Below are positions 1 to 9,155 of a stretch of DNA of 64,000 nt, piece after piece (within the stretch, counting starts at the first letter, position 1; each line of letters opens with the position of its first letter). The translations under genes and the position numbers were made by a program. The notes beneath the pieces were generated by a model that did not search any database, was not told the origin of the DNA, and saw nothing but the letters and a program-made list of their open reading frames with translations. This DNA comes from an uncultured Candidatus Saccharibacteria bacterium (GTDB lineage Bacteria; Patescibacteriota; Minisyncoccia; Phycocordibacterales; JACOZG01), in NCBI GenBank assembly GCA_964648765.1, contig CAZYLF010000001.1, positions 229,797-293,796 on the forward strand, written 5' to 3'.

Positions 1-2
1 TA

Positions 3-413
3 CTACCCAACAAAACTTGTTATGAAAACATTGCGTTTACAATGGAGGCGGCTGGCCGGAGTGAAAATGAGATTCGTACTGACGTGCCTCACGTGCTTGA
101 GTTGGTGGGGCTTGGCGACAAGGCTTGGAATTTCCCTAGTGAATTGTCGGGGGGTGAGAAGCAACGTTTAGCTTTAGCCCGCTCGATTGTTAATCAGCCG
201 GATCTCTTAATTGCAGACGAACCCACTGGTAATCTCGATCCAGTCAATACTTTTGAGGTAATTCAGATTTTTAAAAAAATTAATGAGATTGGCACAACGA
301 TTATTTTAACTACTCATAATAAAAATGTGATTGATTCTTTGGGTAAGAGAGTACTGACTATGGAGAATGGCAAAGTGGTAAGAGATGACGCCAATGGGCG
401 TTATGTACTATAA
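3..413 (+). CDS. ftsE: Cell division ATP-binding protein FtsE (5' end outside window)
   Basis: LSGGEKQR signature, LIADEPTGNLD Walker B/D-loop and H-loop TTH; frame open from the window edge (LPNKTCYENIAF...); directly upstream of ftsX. Confidence 0.9.
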   Translation, partial: LPNKTCYENIAFTMEAAGRSENEIRTDVPHVLELVGLGDKAWNFPSELSGGEKQRLALARSIVNQPDLLIADEPTGNLDPVNTFEVIQIFKKINEIGTTIILTTHNKNVIDSLGKRVLTMENGKVVRDDANGRYVL

Positions 414-422
414 TTAGAACTT

Positions 423-1346
423 ATGTTTTTCACCAATATTAAAAGAGTTATAAAAGCTGGGTTAATAAATTTTTGGCGTAATGGCAGCGTGTCGCTTGCT
501 TCTGTTGTTGTGATCACCATCACTCTTTTTGTTATCGGTTCTATTTTGGCAAGTCGAGCTTTCCTTGTTTCATCTTTGGATGATTTAAAAAGTAAAGTTG
601 ATATCAGTGTTTCTTTCTTACCACAAGTGGAGGAGAGTGTGGTTGAACAGTTTAAACAAGAGATCAGTCTACTCCCTGAGGTTAAGGAAGTCACAATGAG
701 CACTCGTGAGGAGGAACTAACTGATTTTAAAGATCGGAATAAAGACAATGCCCTGATTTTGCAATCACTTGAGGAGGTGGGTAATCCTTTTGGTGCACGG
801 ATAAATATTGTGGCCAATGATCCATCTCAGTACGAAAGTATCGTCAAATTTCTCAATACTAAAGATGACAGTGCTTTAGCGGGAACAAATAAAAATTTAA
901 TTGATGATGTGAGTTTTAAAAAAGATAGCGCTGAAAAGTTGATCAAGATTATTAATATGAGCGAGCGGATGGGTTTGGCGGTCAGTTTGATTTTGGTATT
1001 TATGTCGGTGATCGTAACCTTTAATACAATTGCTTTGGCCATCTACGTTTCTCGTGAGGAAATTGGCGTGATGCGACTGGTGGGAGCAGATGATACTTAC
1101 ATTCGTGGCCCATTCGTGATTGAAGGAGCACTTTCGGGTTTAATTGGAGCCTTTTTAGCTCAGGGGATGCTGTATCCAGCCACACTTTGGGTGCGTAATG
1201 TGACGGCTGGTGTTTATGGAGGTTTAGATCTTTTGGCGTATTATCTGGTAAATTTTGTCCCACTATTTTTCACCTTACTTGTTATCGGAATATTTTTAGG
1301 CGTGGCGGCCAGTTTCTTGGCAGTAAGGCGCCACCTAAAGATATAA
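423..1346 (+). CDS. ftsX: Cell division permease FtsX
   Basis: N-terminal TM, extracellular domain ending NPFGA, C-terminal 'SREEIGVMRLVGA...IRGPFVIEG' FtsX motif. Confidence 0.92.
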   Translation: MFFTNIKRVIKAGLINFWRNGSVSLASVVVITITLFVIGSILASRAFLVSSLDDLKSKVDISVSFLPQVEESVVEQFKQEISLLPEVKEVTMSTREEELTDFKDRNKDNALILQSLEEVGNPFGARINIVANDPSQYESIVKFLNTKDDSALAGTNKNLIDDVSFKKDSAEKLIKIINMSERMGLAVSLILVFMSVIVTFNTIALAIYVSREEIGVMRLVGADDTYIRGPFVIEGALSGLIGAFLAQGMLYPATLWVRNVTAGVYGGLDLLAYYLVNFVPLFFTLLVIGIFLGVAASFLAVRRHLKI

Positions 1347-1353
1347 AATTAAT

Positions 1354-2988
1354 ATGCCGGCACACAAATACATTTTCGTAATCGGGGGAGTGATGTCGGG
1401 GGTTGGTAAAGGAGTCAGCGCCTCGTCGATCGGGAAAATTTTAAAAGCTCGTGGTTTCAAGGTCAATCCCATGAAGATTGACCCTTATTTAAACGTTGAT
1501 GCCGGCACCATGAATCCGGTGGAACATGGCGAGGTCTTCGTGCTCGATTCTGGTCTTGAGTGCGATCAGGACATGGGGAATTATGAAAGGTTTTTAGACA
1601 TTTCCGTGCCGGCAGAGAATTATATGACGAGTGGAATGGTGTACAAACATGTGATTGATAAGGAGCGGGCGCTTGGTTACGGTGGCAAATGTGTGGATCC
1701 AATTCCTGCTTTGCCTGATGAAATTATGCGCCGTATCGCGCTATCAGTGAACAAAACTAAAACCGATATTTCAGTAATTGAAGTTGGTGGTACAGCGGGG
1801 GAATATCAAAATGCCATCTTTTTTGAATCTGCAAGAATTTTGAAATTACGTCACCCGGATGACGTAATTTTTGTACTCGTGAGTTATCTACCAGTGCCGA
1901 GTAAAATTGGTGAGATGAAGACTAAGCCGACACAATACGCCGTGCGCACATTAAACTCTTACGGCATCCACCCAGATATAATTATTGCTCGTAGCGATAG
2001 GCCGCTTGATAATAAACGCAAAGAGAAGTTAGCCTTCTCGAGTAACGTGCGGGTGGAGAGTATTATTTCGGCGCCGGATATTGATAGCATTTATGATATT
2101 CCAATAAATTTTGAGAAAGATGGTTTGAGCGACACGGTTTTAAAATTATTGAAGACTAAACCAAAAACCACTGATCTTAAAGATTGGCGGCGCGCTTCCG
2201 AGCGGATTAAGAATGCTACTGATGAGGTAAAGATTGGAATTGTGGGTAAATACTTTAAAACTGGTGACTTCATACTTTCGGATGTTTACATTTCTGTTAT
2301 TGAATCGCTCAAGCATGCCTCGGGTAAACTAAATAAAAAGCTAAAAATCACTTGGCTAGATGCTGGTGACTACGAAGTCGAAAATGTTGATCTGAATTAT
2401 CTGAAACAATATGACGGTATTTTGGTACCAGGCGGATTTGGTAATCGGGGAGTGGTGGGGATAAAGAAGGTGATCAAGTTTGCTAGAGAAAATAAGATTC
2501 CTTATTTTGGTCTTTGTTATGGTATGCAACTCGCAGTTGTGGAATTCGCCGAGAACGTGCTCGGGCTTAAAGGTGCGAACACTGTGGAGATTGATCCTAA
2601 AACTCCATATCCAATCATTGATGAAATGCTTGAGCAAAAAGAATTAATTAAAAATAAAAATTATGGTGGCACGATGCGCCTCGGCGCCTACCCATGTGTG
2701 CTTAAGCCAAAAACTTTAGCTTATAAAGCCTATCAAGCCGATAAAATTAGTGAACGCCACCGCCATCGTTATGAGGTGAATAATGCTTATATTGAACAAT
2801 TAGAAAGTGGTGGCCTAATTTTCTCTGGTACTTCACCAAATGGCAAATTGATGGAAATCGCCGAACTCCCCACCAGTGTCCACCCCTTTTTCCTCGGCGT
2901 GCAATTCCATCCCGAATTTAAATCTACCCTTTTAAACCCTCACCCACTTTTCCTCGCTTTTATTAAAGCCTCTTCAAATAAAAAATAA
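1354..2988 (+). CDS. pyrG: CTP synthase
   Basis: GGVMSGVGKG, KIDPYLNVDAGTMNP, GEMKTKPTQ, GATase motifs GLCYGMQ, ERHRHRYE, QFHPEF. Confidence 0.98.
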   Translation: MPAHKYIFVIGGVMSGVGKGVSASSIGKILKARGFKVNPMKIDPYLNVDAGTMNPVEHGEVFVLDSGLECDQDMGNYERFLDISVPAENYMTSGMVYKHVIDKERALGYGGKCVDPIPALPDEIMRRIALSVNKTKTDISVIEVGGTAGEYQNAIFFESARILKLRHPDDVIFVLVSYLPVPSKIGEMKTKPTQYAVRTLNSYGIHPDIIIARSDRPLDNKRKEKLAFSSNVRVESIISAPDIDSIYDIPINFEKDGLSDTVLKLLKTKPKTTDLKDWRRASERIKNATDEVKIGIVGKYFKTGDFILSDVYISVIESLKHASGKLNKKLKITWLDAGDYEVENVDLNYLKQYDGILVPGGFGNRGVVGIKKVIKFARENKIPYFGLCYGMQLAVVEFAENVLGLKGANTVEIDPKTPYPIIDEMLEQKELIKNKNYGGTMRLGAYPCVLKPKTLAYKAYQADKISERHRHRYEVNNAYIEQLESGGLIFSGTSPNGKLMEIAELPTSVHPFFLGVQFHPEFKSTLLNPHPLFLAFIKASSNKK

Positions 2989-3029
2989 AAAGACCCCGCG
3001 AACAAAAGTTCGCGGGGTGTTAGTTTTTT
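2986..3029. terminator. Bidirectional intrinsic terminator between convergent genes
   Basis: ACCCCGCGAAC-aaaa-GTTCGCGGGGT hairpin flanked by A and T tracts. Confidence 0.8.
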
Positions 3030-3036
3030 GCTTTAA

Positions 3037-4179
3037 TCAATCGTACGGTAACGCTGTATTTTTTGGTGGTCCAAATCGAGAGAGCTGATAGTTTGAGTAT
3101 CTGTCGTCGCCGGTGACTTCCTTACCTATGTCTAACCAAGGAGGTAAAACAATTGGTGCAGAGATATCAGAAACTTCAGCTTCGAGCAAAATTAAACCAT
3201 CGAGTTCAGGGTCCTTACTTACAAAATGATCAAGTTCAAAACGTTGATCACCCAAAATAAAGCAAACTCGAATTTTGGCGATCGGTGAGCAGTCAGGATC
3301 TTTTCGATTTAAGTAATACTCATACTCATTGCGGCCGATTCGCCACTCCTCCTCATCGCGTATACCGAGTGACACTTTTCGCTTTATTGTGCGAAAATAT
3401 AATCCCACTCCTTTGTATGACCAAAGTCTCACTCGCTCTTCATCACCCTCATTACTTGGAAGAAGATAATGTTGCTTGATCTGAATAACTTCATAGTGAA
3501 CAGGAAAGTTATCAAAATCGGGCAGAGAATTTACTTTCCATTTTCGTTCTTTTTCAAGTGGTTTTGGGATTCCGATGATGTTGCAAACATGGTCAAGCGT
3601 TTTTTTGTACTTAAGCTCAAAATCATCTTCAGCTGGAATGATGACGTGATGTGGATGACCACACCAAGCATTTTGTACTTTGGCATCACGCTCACGAGCC
3701 AAACTCTCATTTTCAGTACGTGCCGGATTATTAGCTCGAGTATAGTGAGCCTCAGCACCACAAGCAGCACTGCGTAAGTGGAGTACGGCGTCATAACGAT
3801 TAATCAATTCTCCAACTTCAGTACCAAGCTCACGAGCAATGATCTGAAACTCATGCGGTTCCACATAAGCCAAACAATCAAGAGCCGCACGATCACAAAG
3901 GAGAATGCTTTGTTCACCATCTTTAACCATCTGCTCTAAACTGTGGAGCATAATATCTTCAAGATGAAGAATGGTGGCCAATACTGAATACTGAAAAAAA
4001 GTAATCTTTAACCCCTTCTCGCCAACATTTACTCCGTGGGTTAGCAGTAAAGTGGCCGTTTCCGGCACCAAAACCACACGCACTCCACGCTCACCCAAAA
4101 ACTGGATTAAACGAGTCATTATGGTAGTTTTGCCACCACCAGGGCCGCCAGTAAGCACAATTACTTTAGGTTTTATCAA
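3037..4179 (-). CDS. AAA_28/NadR-Ttd14-like P-loop kinase fused to a C-terminal CYTH domain
   Basis: VLTGGPGGGKTT, VPETAT, LCDRA motifs; CYTH ExERKW, 'FELDHF', 'LLEAEV', 'EVTGDDRYSN'; AGGAGG SD before TTG start. Confidence 0.8.
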   Translation of the reverse strand: MIKPKVIVLTGGPGGGKTTIMTRLIQFLGERGVRVVLVPETATLLLTHGVNVGEKGLKITFFQYSVLATILHLEDIMLHSLEQMVKDGEQSILLCDRAALDCLAYVEPHEFQIIARELGTEVGELINRYDAVLHLRSAACGAEAHYTRANNPARTENESLARERDAKVQNAWCGHPHHVIIPAEDDFELKYKKTLDHVCNIIGIPKPLEKERKWKVNSLPDFDNFPVHYEVIQIKQHYLLPSNEGDEERVRLWSYKGVGLYFRTIKRKVSLGIRDEEEWRIGRNEYEYYLNRKDPDCSPIAKIRVCFILGDQRFELDHFVSKDPELDGLILLEAEVSDISAPIVLPPWLDIGKEVTGDDRYSNYQLSRFGPPKNTALPYD

Positions 4180-4268
4180 GGTCCACCTCCTATTTAAAGG
4201 CCAAATTTTGTTTCTTTCAAGAAACTCTAACTCGAATATAGTTTAAGGAAGCGCAATTTGCAAGCAAT

Positions 4269-4296
4269 AAAAAATCGCGCTCGGGGTGAGCGCGAT
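4269..4296 (-). terminator. Intrinsic terminator of the NUDIX gene
   Basis: ATCGCGCTC-N5-GAGCGCGAT with a T tract on the minus strand. Confidence 0.7.
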
Positions 4297-4306
4297 AATA
4301 CAAGTG

Positions 4307-4891
4307 TTACATATTCATTAGCAATTTTACCCTTGGATCGTTGACGACACTAAAAAGTTTGATGTCCACTAGTACTCCAGGTGGTGGGTGATGCAGAAAG
4401 TGATCTGCCTTATCTAGTGGAATGCGGAGCACTTCAATATCCTCACCAGTTTCAAGTTTTGGCTCAATCACTTTAACCGCGTTGAGGCCCAAGTAAACCA
4501 CCATTTGGTCTTCAAGTAACCCAGCATTGAACGGTCCCTGAAAGAGTGGCCCTGGCATAATCGTGGCCGTGTAACCCGTTTCCTCAAGCAGTTCTCGCCC
4601 GGCAAGTTCCACCTCACTTTCCCCGGATTGATCCATTAGCCCGGCGCAAAGTTCTATAACCCAAGCCTGGGCGGGCACACGATAAGTTTTGGTGAGGATG
4701 ATCTCACGATCCGCGGTGACTGCGGCCACGGCGACGATTCTTCCGTGTGTTTTACGTTTAACGCATTCCCATAAACCTTTACCTCCGTCTCGTTTATTAA
4801 CAAAACGGCGGCTAACAACTGAAATGAATTTGCCACTGAAAACTGTTTCTTCCTCCGTGACGATAATCGTTGACTCTCTTTGCTCTGGCAC
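4307..4891 (-). CDS. NUDIX hydrolase (ADP-ribose pyrophosphatase-like)
   Basis: Nudix box 'ELCAGLMDQSGESEVELAGRELLEETGY' and 'LETGEDIEV'. Confidence 0.85.
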   Translation of the reverse strand: MPEQRESTIIVTEEETVFSGKFISVVSRRFVNKRDGGKGLWECVKRKTHGRIVAVAAVTADREIILTKTYRVPAQAWVIELCAGLMDQSGESEVELAGRELLEETGYTATIMPGPLFQGPFNAGLLEDQMVVYLGLNAVKVIEPKLETGEDIEVLRIPLDKADHFLHHPPPGVLVDIKLFSVVNDPRVKLLMNM

Positions 4892-4968
4892 TTTTTGATC
4901 CTCCTTAAAAAATTATCTCCACAATGAACAACTTTTTGGAGTCTAGCCTAATAGTAAACGCCAGTCAA

Positions 4969-5640
4969 TTATTTAGCGTTATGGATTTCACCGTCAGCGA
5001 GAGTGATCACGCGGTCGGCGAGTTCGGCAAATTCTGGCTCGTGAGTTACCATCACAATTGTTTGGCCGGCTTTGTTTAATTCCACAAAAGCGTTGAGCAC
5101 CACTTTAGAAGTTTCGCTATCTAGGTTAGCCGTAGGCTCATCAGCAAAAATGATTTTAGGATCATGGCCAATCGCGCGAGCAATTGAAACGCGTTGTTGT
5201 TGACCGCCTGAGAGTTGACTGGGGAGGTTAATTAATTTATCACCCAGACCTACGCGTTCCATCGCCTTCTGGGCTTTGGCTGCGGCTTCGCTTTTTGTTA
5301 AGCCTTGCATTAAGAGAGGGATCATCACGTTCTCAAGCGCGGTGAGGGAGGGGATGAGGGCGTAATCTTGGAAAACGTAACCAAGATCCTCAAGGCGCAT
5401 TTGGGTGCGCTCGTTGCTCGATAAATTAGCAGTTTCAATTCCGTCTATCACAATTGACCCAGAGTTTGGTTGATCAAGTAGACCAAGCTGATAAAGTAAA
5501 GTGCTTTTACCAGACCCAGAGCGCCCGGTAACGGCCAAGAATTCTCCAGCTTTAACGTCTAGGCTCACACCTTTAAGCACCACGAGTTCGCTCGAGTCTC
5601 CGCTTTTAAATGATTTAAATAAATTTTTGACTTGGATCAT
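4969..5640 (-). CDS. ABC transporter ATP-binding protein (LolD/MacB-like)
   Basis: GRSGSGKST, LSGGQQQRV, ADEPTANLD, VTHE. Confidence 0.92.
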   Translation of the reverse strand: MIQVKNLFKSFKSGDSSELVVLKGVSLDVKAGEFLAVTGRSGSGKSTLLYQLGLLDQPNSGSIVIDGIETANLSSNERTQMRLEDLGYVFQDYALIPSLTALENVMIPLLMQGLTKSEAAAKAQKAMERVGLGDKLINLPSQLSGGQQQRVSIARAIGHDPKIIFADEPTANLDSETSKVVLNAFVELNKAGQTIVMVTHEPEFAELADRVITLADGEIHNAK

Positions 5641-5644
5641 TTTT

Positions 5645-6913
5645 TTATCTGCCCAATATGGCGTCTAAAGTATTTTGCCTCACCACAATTTTAGCAGGGA
5701 TGTAACCGGCAATAACTGTGGCGATCATTAATAATGCAACCCTGATTGCGGTGCCAGCAGCCGTAACCACCAAGATTCCGTCGCTGAAAGGGAAGTTGAT
5801 AGGGTTAGCATCAAAGTATGGCTTAAGTAATCCAAAAATAATTATGAGTCCAAGTGCCGTACCAAGTACACCATAAAAGATTGCTTGAAGCATATAAGAA
5901 AATTCAATGGCGGTGGCGCTAATTCCAATACCTTTTAAGATTCCAATAAACTTTCGGCGGGTGATAGCGTTAACGAAGATGACAATAAAGATGGTGATGG
6001 AGGCCACCGCGAGACCGATGGAACCAATCACATTGCCGAGCAAGGCGAAAGTTAATTTAATATCGTTTAAGAACTTTGGTTCGGCGTCGTCCGCGGTTTG
6101 CACCTTGGCATAGGTGCCCACACCAGAACCTAAGAGTGAAGCTTTAACTTGGTCAGGAGTAAATCCCGGTTTGGCTTTAATGGCAATTTCATCAACGTTA
6201 AAATCTCCACGGCCAATAAGTTGGCGGAATTGGGTATCAACCATAAAGATGCGCTGATCCACTTCACCAACTTTACTTTTGAGTACACCTTTAATAGTAA
6301 CCTCGCGTTTAATATCGCCAATCGCCAGACGGACTTTGGTGCCGGCGCCCACATTCTCAAGTGTGCGATAACTTGGAGTATCAATAGGCGTGTACTTAAA
6401 TAGCAAATCAGCGCCGATCATAATTTGATCAAAATCAGTGCGAGTTAAATATTCACCCTCGATAATATAATCAGCAATACCGGTGACAGCATTTTCTTCT
6501 TCTGGATTTATCCCTGACACTAAACCACCAGCACTTTCGGTGATGTCGGTTTCTCGTAGCTTAGTTTTGTAATTGGCTTCAATTTTGCCGCCTTGGATGT
6601 AGCGACTAGTGAGTTTGTCTACACTTGGTAGGCTTTTGGCTAGATTGATAATGTCTTGGCTGTGCTCAACAAAAGTGCGTTGGCGAAGAGGGGAGATGAT
6701 GACGTCTGAAGTGTAGCGGCCCTTGTTTGCCTCTACCGAACCCTCAATTAAGCCCACTAAAATTCCGCTAATCACTACTAAGTTTAAAAAAGTGATGGTC
6801 ATCACGAAGATGATGAGCAGGGTTGTCCAGATGTTAGCGCGACGGATGTCGCGGAAGGCCAAAAATGTGCCCACTTTGAGCGAGGTGAGATAATTACTTG
6901 TTGACCTTTTCAT
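5645..6913 (-). CDS. ABC transporter permease (MacB/FtsX-like)
   Basis: One N-terminal TM, large extracellular domain, three C-terminal TMs with 'RRKFIGILKGIG'; adjacent to the ATPase. Confidence 0.85.
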   Translation of the reverse strand: MKRSTSNYLTSLKVGTFLAFRDIRRANIWTTLLIIFVMTITFLNLVVISGILVGLIEGSVEANKGRYTSDVIISPLRQRTFVEHSQDIINLAKSLPSVDKLTSRYIQGGKIEANYKTKLRETDITESAGGLVSGINPEEENAVTGIADYIIEGEYLTRTDFDQIMIGADLLFKYTPIDTPSYRTLENVGAGTKVRLAIGDIKREVTIKGVLKSKVGEVDQRIFMVDTQFRQLIGRGDFNVDEIAIKAKPGFTPDQVKASLLGSGVGTYAKVQTADDAEPKFLNDIKLTFALLGNVIGSIGLAVASITIFIVIFVNAITRRKFIGILKGIGISATAIEFSYMLQAIFYGVLGTALGLIIIFGLLKPYFDANPINFPFSDGILVVTAAGTAIRVALLMIATVIAGYIPAKIVVRQNTLDAILGR

Positions 6914-6935
6914 CCTAATAAACTATCATAGTTCA
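6914..6935. promoter_or_regulatory. Overlapping divergent -10 elements driving two leaderless genes
   Basis: TATCAT 6 nt before the + ATG (6936); TGaTAGTTT 6 nt before the - ATG (6913). Confidence 0.5.
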
Positions 6936-7172
6936 ATGAAAAACGTAACAATTTATAGCACACCTACTTGCCATTATTGCCACGCCGCCAAAGATTTTTT
7001 TAAGGAAAATAATATTACTTTCACAGATAAAGATGTGGTGGTGGATCGCGCTGCTGGTCAGGAGGCGATTAAAAAGTCAGGTCAGATGGGCGTGCCGGTG
7101 ATTGATGTGGATGGAGAAATTGTTATCGGCTTTGATGAAGAAAAGCTCCGAGAACTTTTGGGAGTGAAGTAG
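6936..7172 (+). CDS. Glutaredoxin / NrdH-redoxin (YruB-like)
   Basis: IYSTPTCHYC (CxxC) and SGQMGVPVI. Confidence 0.9.
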   Translation: MKNVTIYSTPTCHYCHAAKDFFKENNITFTDKDVVVDRAAGQEAIKKSGQMGVPVIDVDGEIVIGFDEEKLRELLGVK

Positions 7173-7183
7173 ATTTTTAAAGC

Positions 7184-7224
7184 AAAAAAAGATCCCCGAC
7201 GGCGCGTACGCACCGTCGGGGATT
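7184..7224. terminator. GC-rich hairpin terminator (copy 1 of a twin palindrome)
   Basis: ATCCCCGACGG-CGCGTACGCA-CCGTCGGGGAT after an A7 run; 27/28 identical to 8393-8420. Confidence 0.75.
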
Positions 7225-7235
7225 CTCGTTTTGCA

Positions 7236-8297
7236 CTAATGGCCAAAAAATCCTCGGCCAAAAGTGTCAGGCATCATGAGGAGCTTAATCCTACGGGCGG
7301 TACAAAGATCAATTACTTTTTGATCATTTTTTGACCCGCTGGTGGTAAAAATCATTTCTACCCCGGCATCAATCAAATGTGCCACGGCATCATTAAATGG
7401 AAAGAATGAGTCGCTATACGCAACGGCACCTCTCATGTGGTGACCGGCGTCTTTTGCGATCATTACCGCAAGTTTAGCTGCCAGCTTCCTGCTTGTTTGC
7501 CCAGAGGCATTGGCGATGATCTGATCGTGCTTGGCAAGTGTGATGGTGTTACTTTTGCTGGTTGATCCAACGGCATAAGCCAGAAGGGCGTTTTTCATCA
7601 TATGTGGCTCAATCTTATCTACGCTGTGGTCAACGATTTCTGACATCATCCCTGGAATTGGGATAAAAGTAAAATTATCCTGCATCAATACTCCACCACG
7701 AACATGGCGAAGAAGACATTCTCGGTCTAAACTCTCCCGACTTAAATTCCGCAATGCTTCATTTTTGGCTAGTCTGGGACGTTTACCTGATTTGCTCTCA
7801 AGAATTTGTAGCACCTCGTCTCGGTCTTCAAAATCTGGAGCCACAACACATGAAAGCATTTTAGCTGCGCTCAAAGCCCTGGCCTCTTTTGGCGTGACTG
7901 TGAAGTTACAAATTACTCCACCACCAAAGATTGCTTCGCGGTCACCACTTAGCATGTGCCAGATTGCATCATACGCTTCGTGCGCTATGCCAGCTCCGCA
8001 CACAGTGCTATGCTTGGCACCTACGCAGATCAGTGGCATGGCATTGTAATTTGCATGCATCACAGCTCCAATTGTGGCGACGGTGCGTACCAGTGCATCA
8101 TGTTGGCATATGTCGTTGTACCCTAACGTCTCAAGACTGGGATGAAAAAGAAACTTACAAAACGAAAGTGGATCGTCATTTTCTCCTTCCGTTTCAAGAT
8201 GGAGAGTGGCCTGTTGTCGAGGGTTCTCACCGTATTTTAGTTTATGGGTTTTCCACCCCGGCTGAACCAACGTATGACCTTTTTCTTCATCTGCCAT
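7236..8297 (-). CDS. purH: PurH-like AICAR transformylase domain (lacks the N-terminal IMP cyclohydrolase domain)
   Basis: LKYGENPRQQA, KHSTVCG, AIFGGGV, KSNTI, GQTSR, SDSFFPFND; begins at the YGENP motif with a GGAGG SD. Confidence 0.75.
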   Translation of the reverse strand: MADEEKGHTLVQPGWKTHKLKYGENPRQQATLHLETEGENDDPLSFCKFLFHPSLETLGYNDICQHDALVRTVATIGAVMHANYNAMPLICVGAKHSTVCGAGIAHEAYDAIWHMLSGDREAIFGGGVICNFTVTPKEARALSAAKMLSCVVAPDFEDRDEVLQILESKSGKRPRLAKNEALRNLSRESLDRECLLRHVRGGVLMQDNFTFIPIPGMMSEIVDHSVDKIEPHMMKNALLAYAVGSTSKSNTITLAKHDQIIANASGQTSRKLAAKLAVMIAKDAGHHMRGAVAYSDSFFPFNDAVAHLIDAGVEMIFTTSGSKNDQKVIDLCTARRIKLLMMPDTFGRGFFGH

Positions 8298-8383
8298 CCT
8301 TATTACCTCCTCAAGAGTTAAAGACCGTATTAGGCATACAATGCCTATCTTCGCTCAGGCTAGCAAAAATCACAATTTTTTAC

Positions 8384-8424
8384 AAAAAAATCCCCCGACG
8401 GCGCGTACGCGCCGTCGGGGGATT
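8384..8424. terminator. Perfect 36-bp palindrome/terminator (copy 2)
   Basis: AATCCCCCGACGGCGCGT|ACGCGCCGTCGGGGGATT at 8389-8424. Confidence 0.75.
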
Positions 8425-8435
8425 GTGTCATCGGC

Positions 8436-8735
8436 CTAGTGGGCCGCAACTATCTGCTTTATGAGTTTGGAAAGTTGGTGGCAGATTTCATCTGTGGTTT
8501 CTTCGGGCATCGCTTTGAGCACCGGCTCAAGGGTTAGGCGGATACGGTGTATCAACCAGAGGGTTTCAGGATCGCCACCGCTTGTGCGATCCTCAAAGTG
8601 TTCTGGCATCTCAAAATACGAAGACAACATTCCCAGAAACAAGCATGCCTTTTTGATATTTGCTGGTAAGGCAAGCAGCTTCCTCATGTGCACATCATAC
8701 TCATCCAACGTCATACCACTTCGTTCTTCTGCCAT
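8436..8735 (-). CDS. Hypothetical protein
   Basis: ORF with purine-rich SD before ATG 8735, its own TTGACT..TAAGCT promoter and a downstream terminator. Confidence 0.6.
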   Translation of the reverse strand: MAEERSGMTLDEYDVHMRKLLALPANIKKACLFLGMLSSYFEMPEHFEDRTSGGDPETLWLIHRIRLTLEPVLKAMPEETTDEICHQLSKLIKQIVAAH

Positions 8736-8821
8736 TACAATTTCCCCCAAAATCGTTAATGTTCTATTGATGCGACGATCGCACCTTCTAAAAATAAAGC
8801 TTAGCCTTTATCTGGAGGAAG

Positions 8822-9151
8822 TCAAATTTTATGATCATTTACTTCTGGCCCGGCAAGTAAGTGAAGATGGAGGTGAGGCACACGCAAAAAATTCCCCGCG
8901 TTGAAGATCAGTTTAAAATCACTGATACTTTTTTCTATTGCGAGTTTGGCGGCGGTTAAGTTTAGCTTTCCAATTATCTCTGCATCCTCGTTGTTTGCCT
9001 CAGTGATAGAAACTATTAATTTTTTAGGAATGATTAACCAATGGGTAGAGGCAGCAGGGAACTTACTTTTAATTACGATCAAATCATTGTCTTCATAAAT
9101 AAATTCCGCCGGTTCCTCCTTATCAATAATTTTTTGGAATATCGTTTTCAT
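8822..9151 (-). CDS. HIT family nucleotide-binding protein
   Basis: TIFQKII, HWLIIPKK, VPHLHLHLLAG; start moved to ATG 9151 to avoid overlap with the upstream gene. Confidence 0.9.
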   Translation of the reverse strand: MKTIFQKIIDKEEPAEFIYEDNDLIVIKSKFPAASTHWLIIPKKLIVSITEANNEDAEIIGKLNLTAAKLAIEKSISDFKLIFNAGNFLRVPHLHLHLLAGPEVNDHKI

Positions 9152-9155
9152 AATT

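Noticed and set aside
8298-8330. boxA-like GTCTTTAAC in leaders of orphan genes
   Set aside because: Matches in the other leaders are too degenerate to support by eye; needs a motif search.
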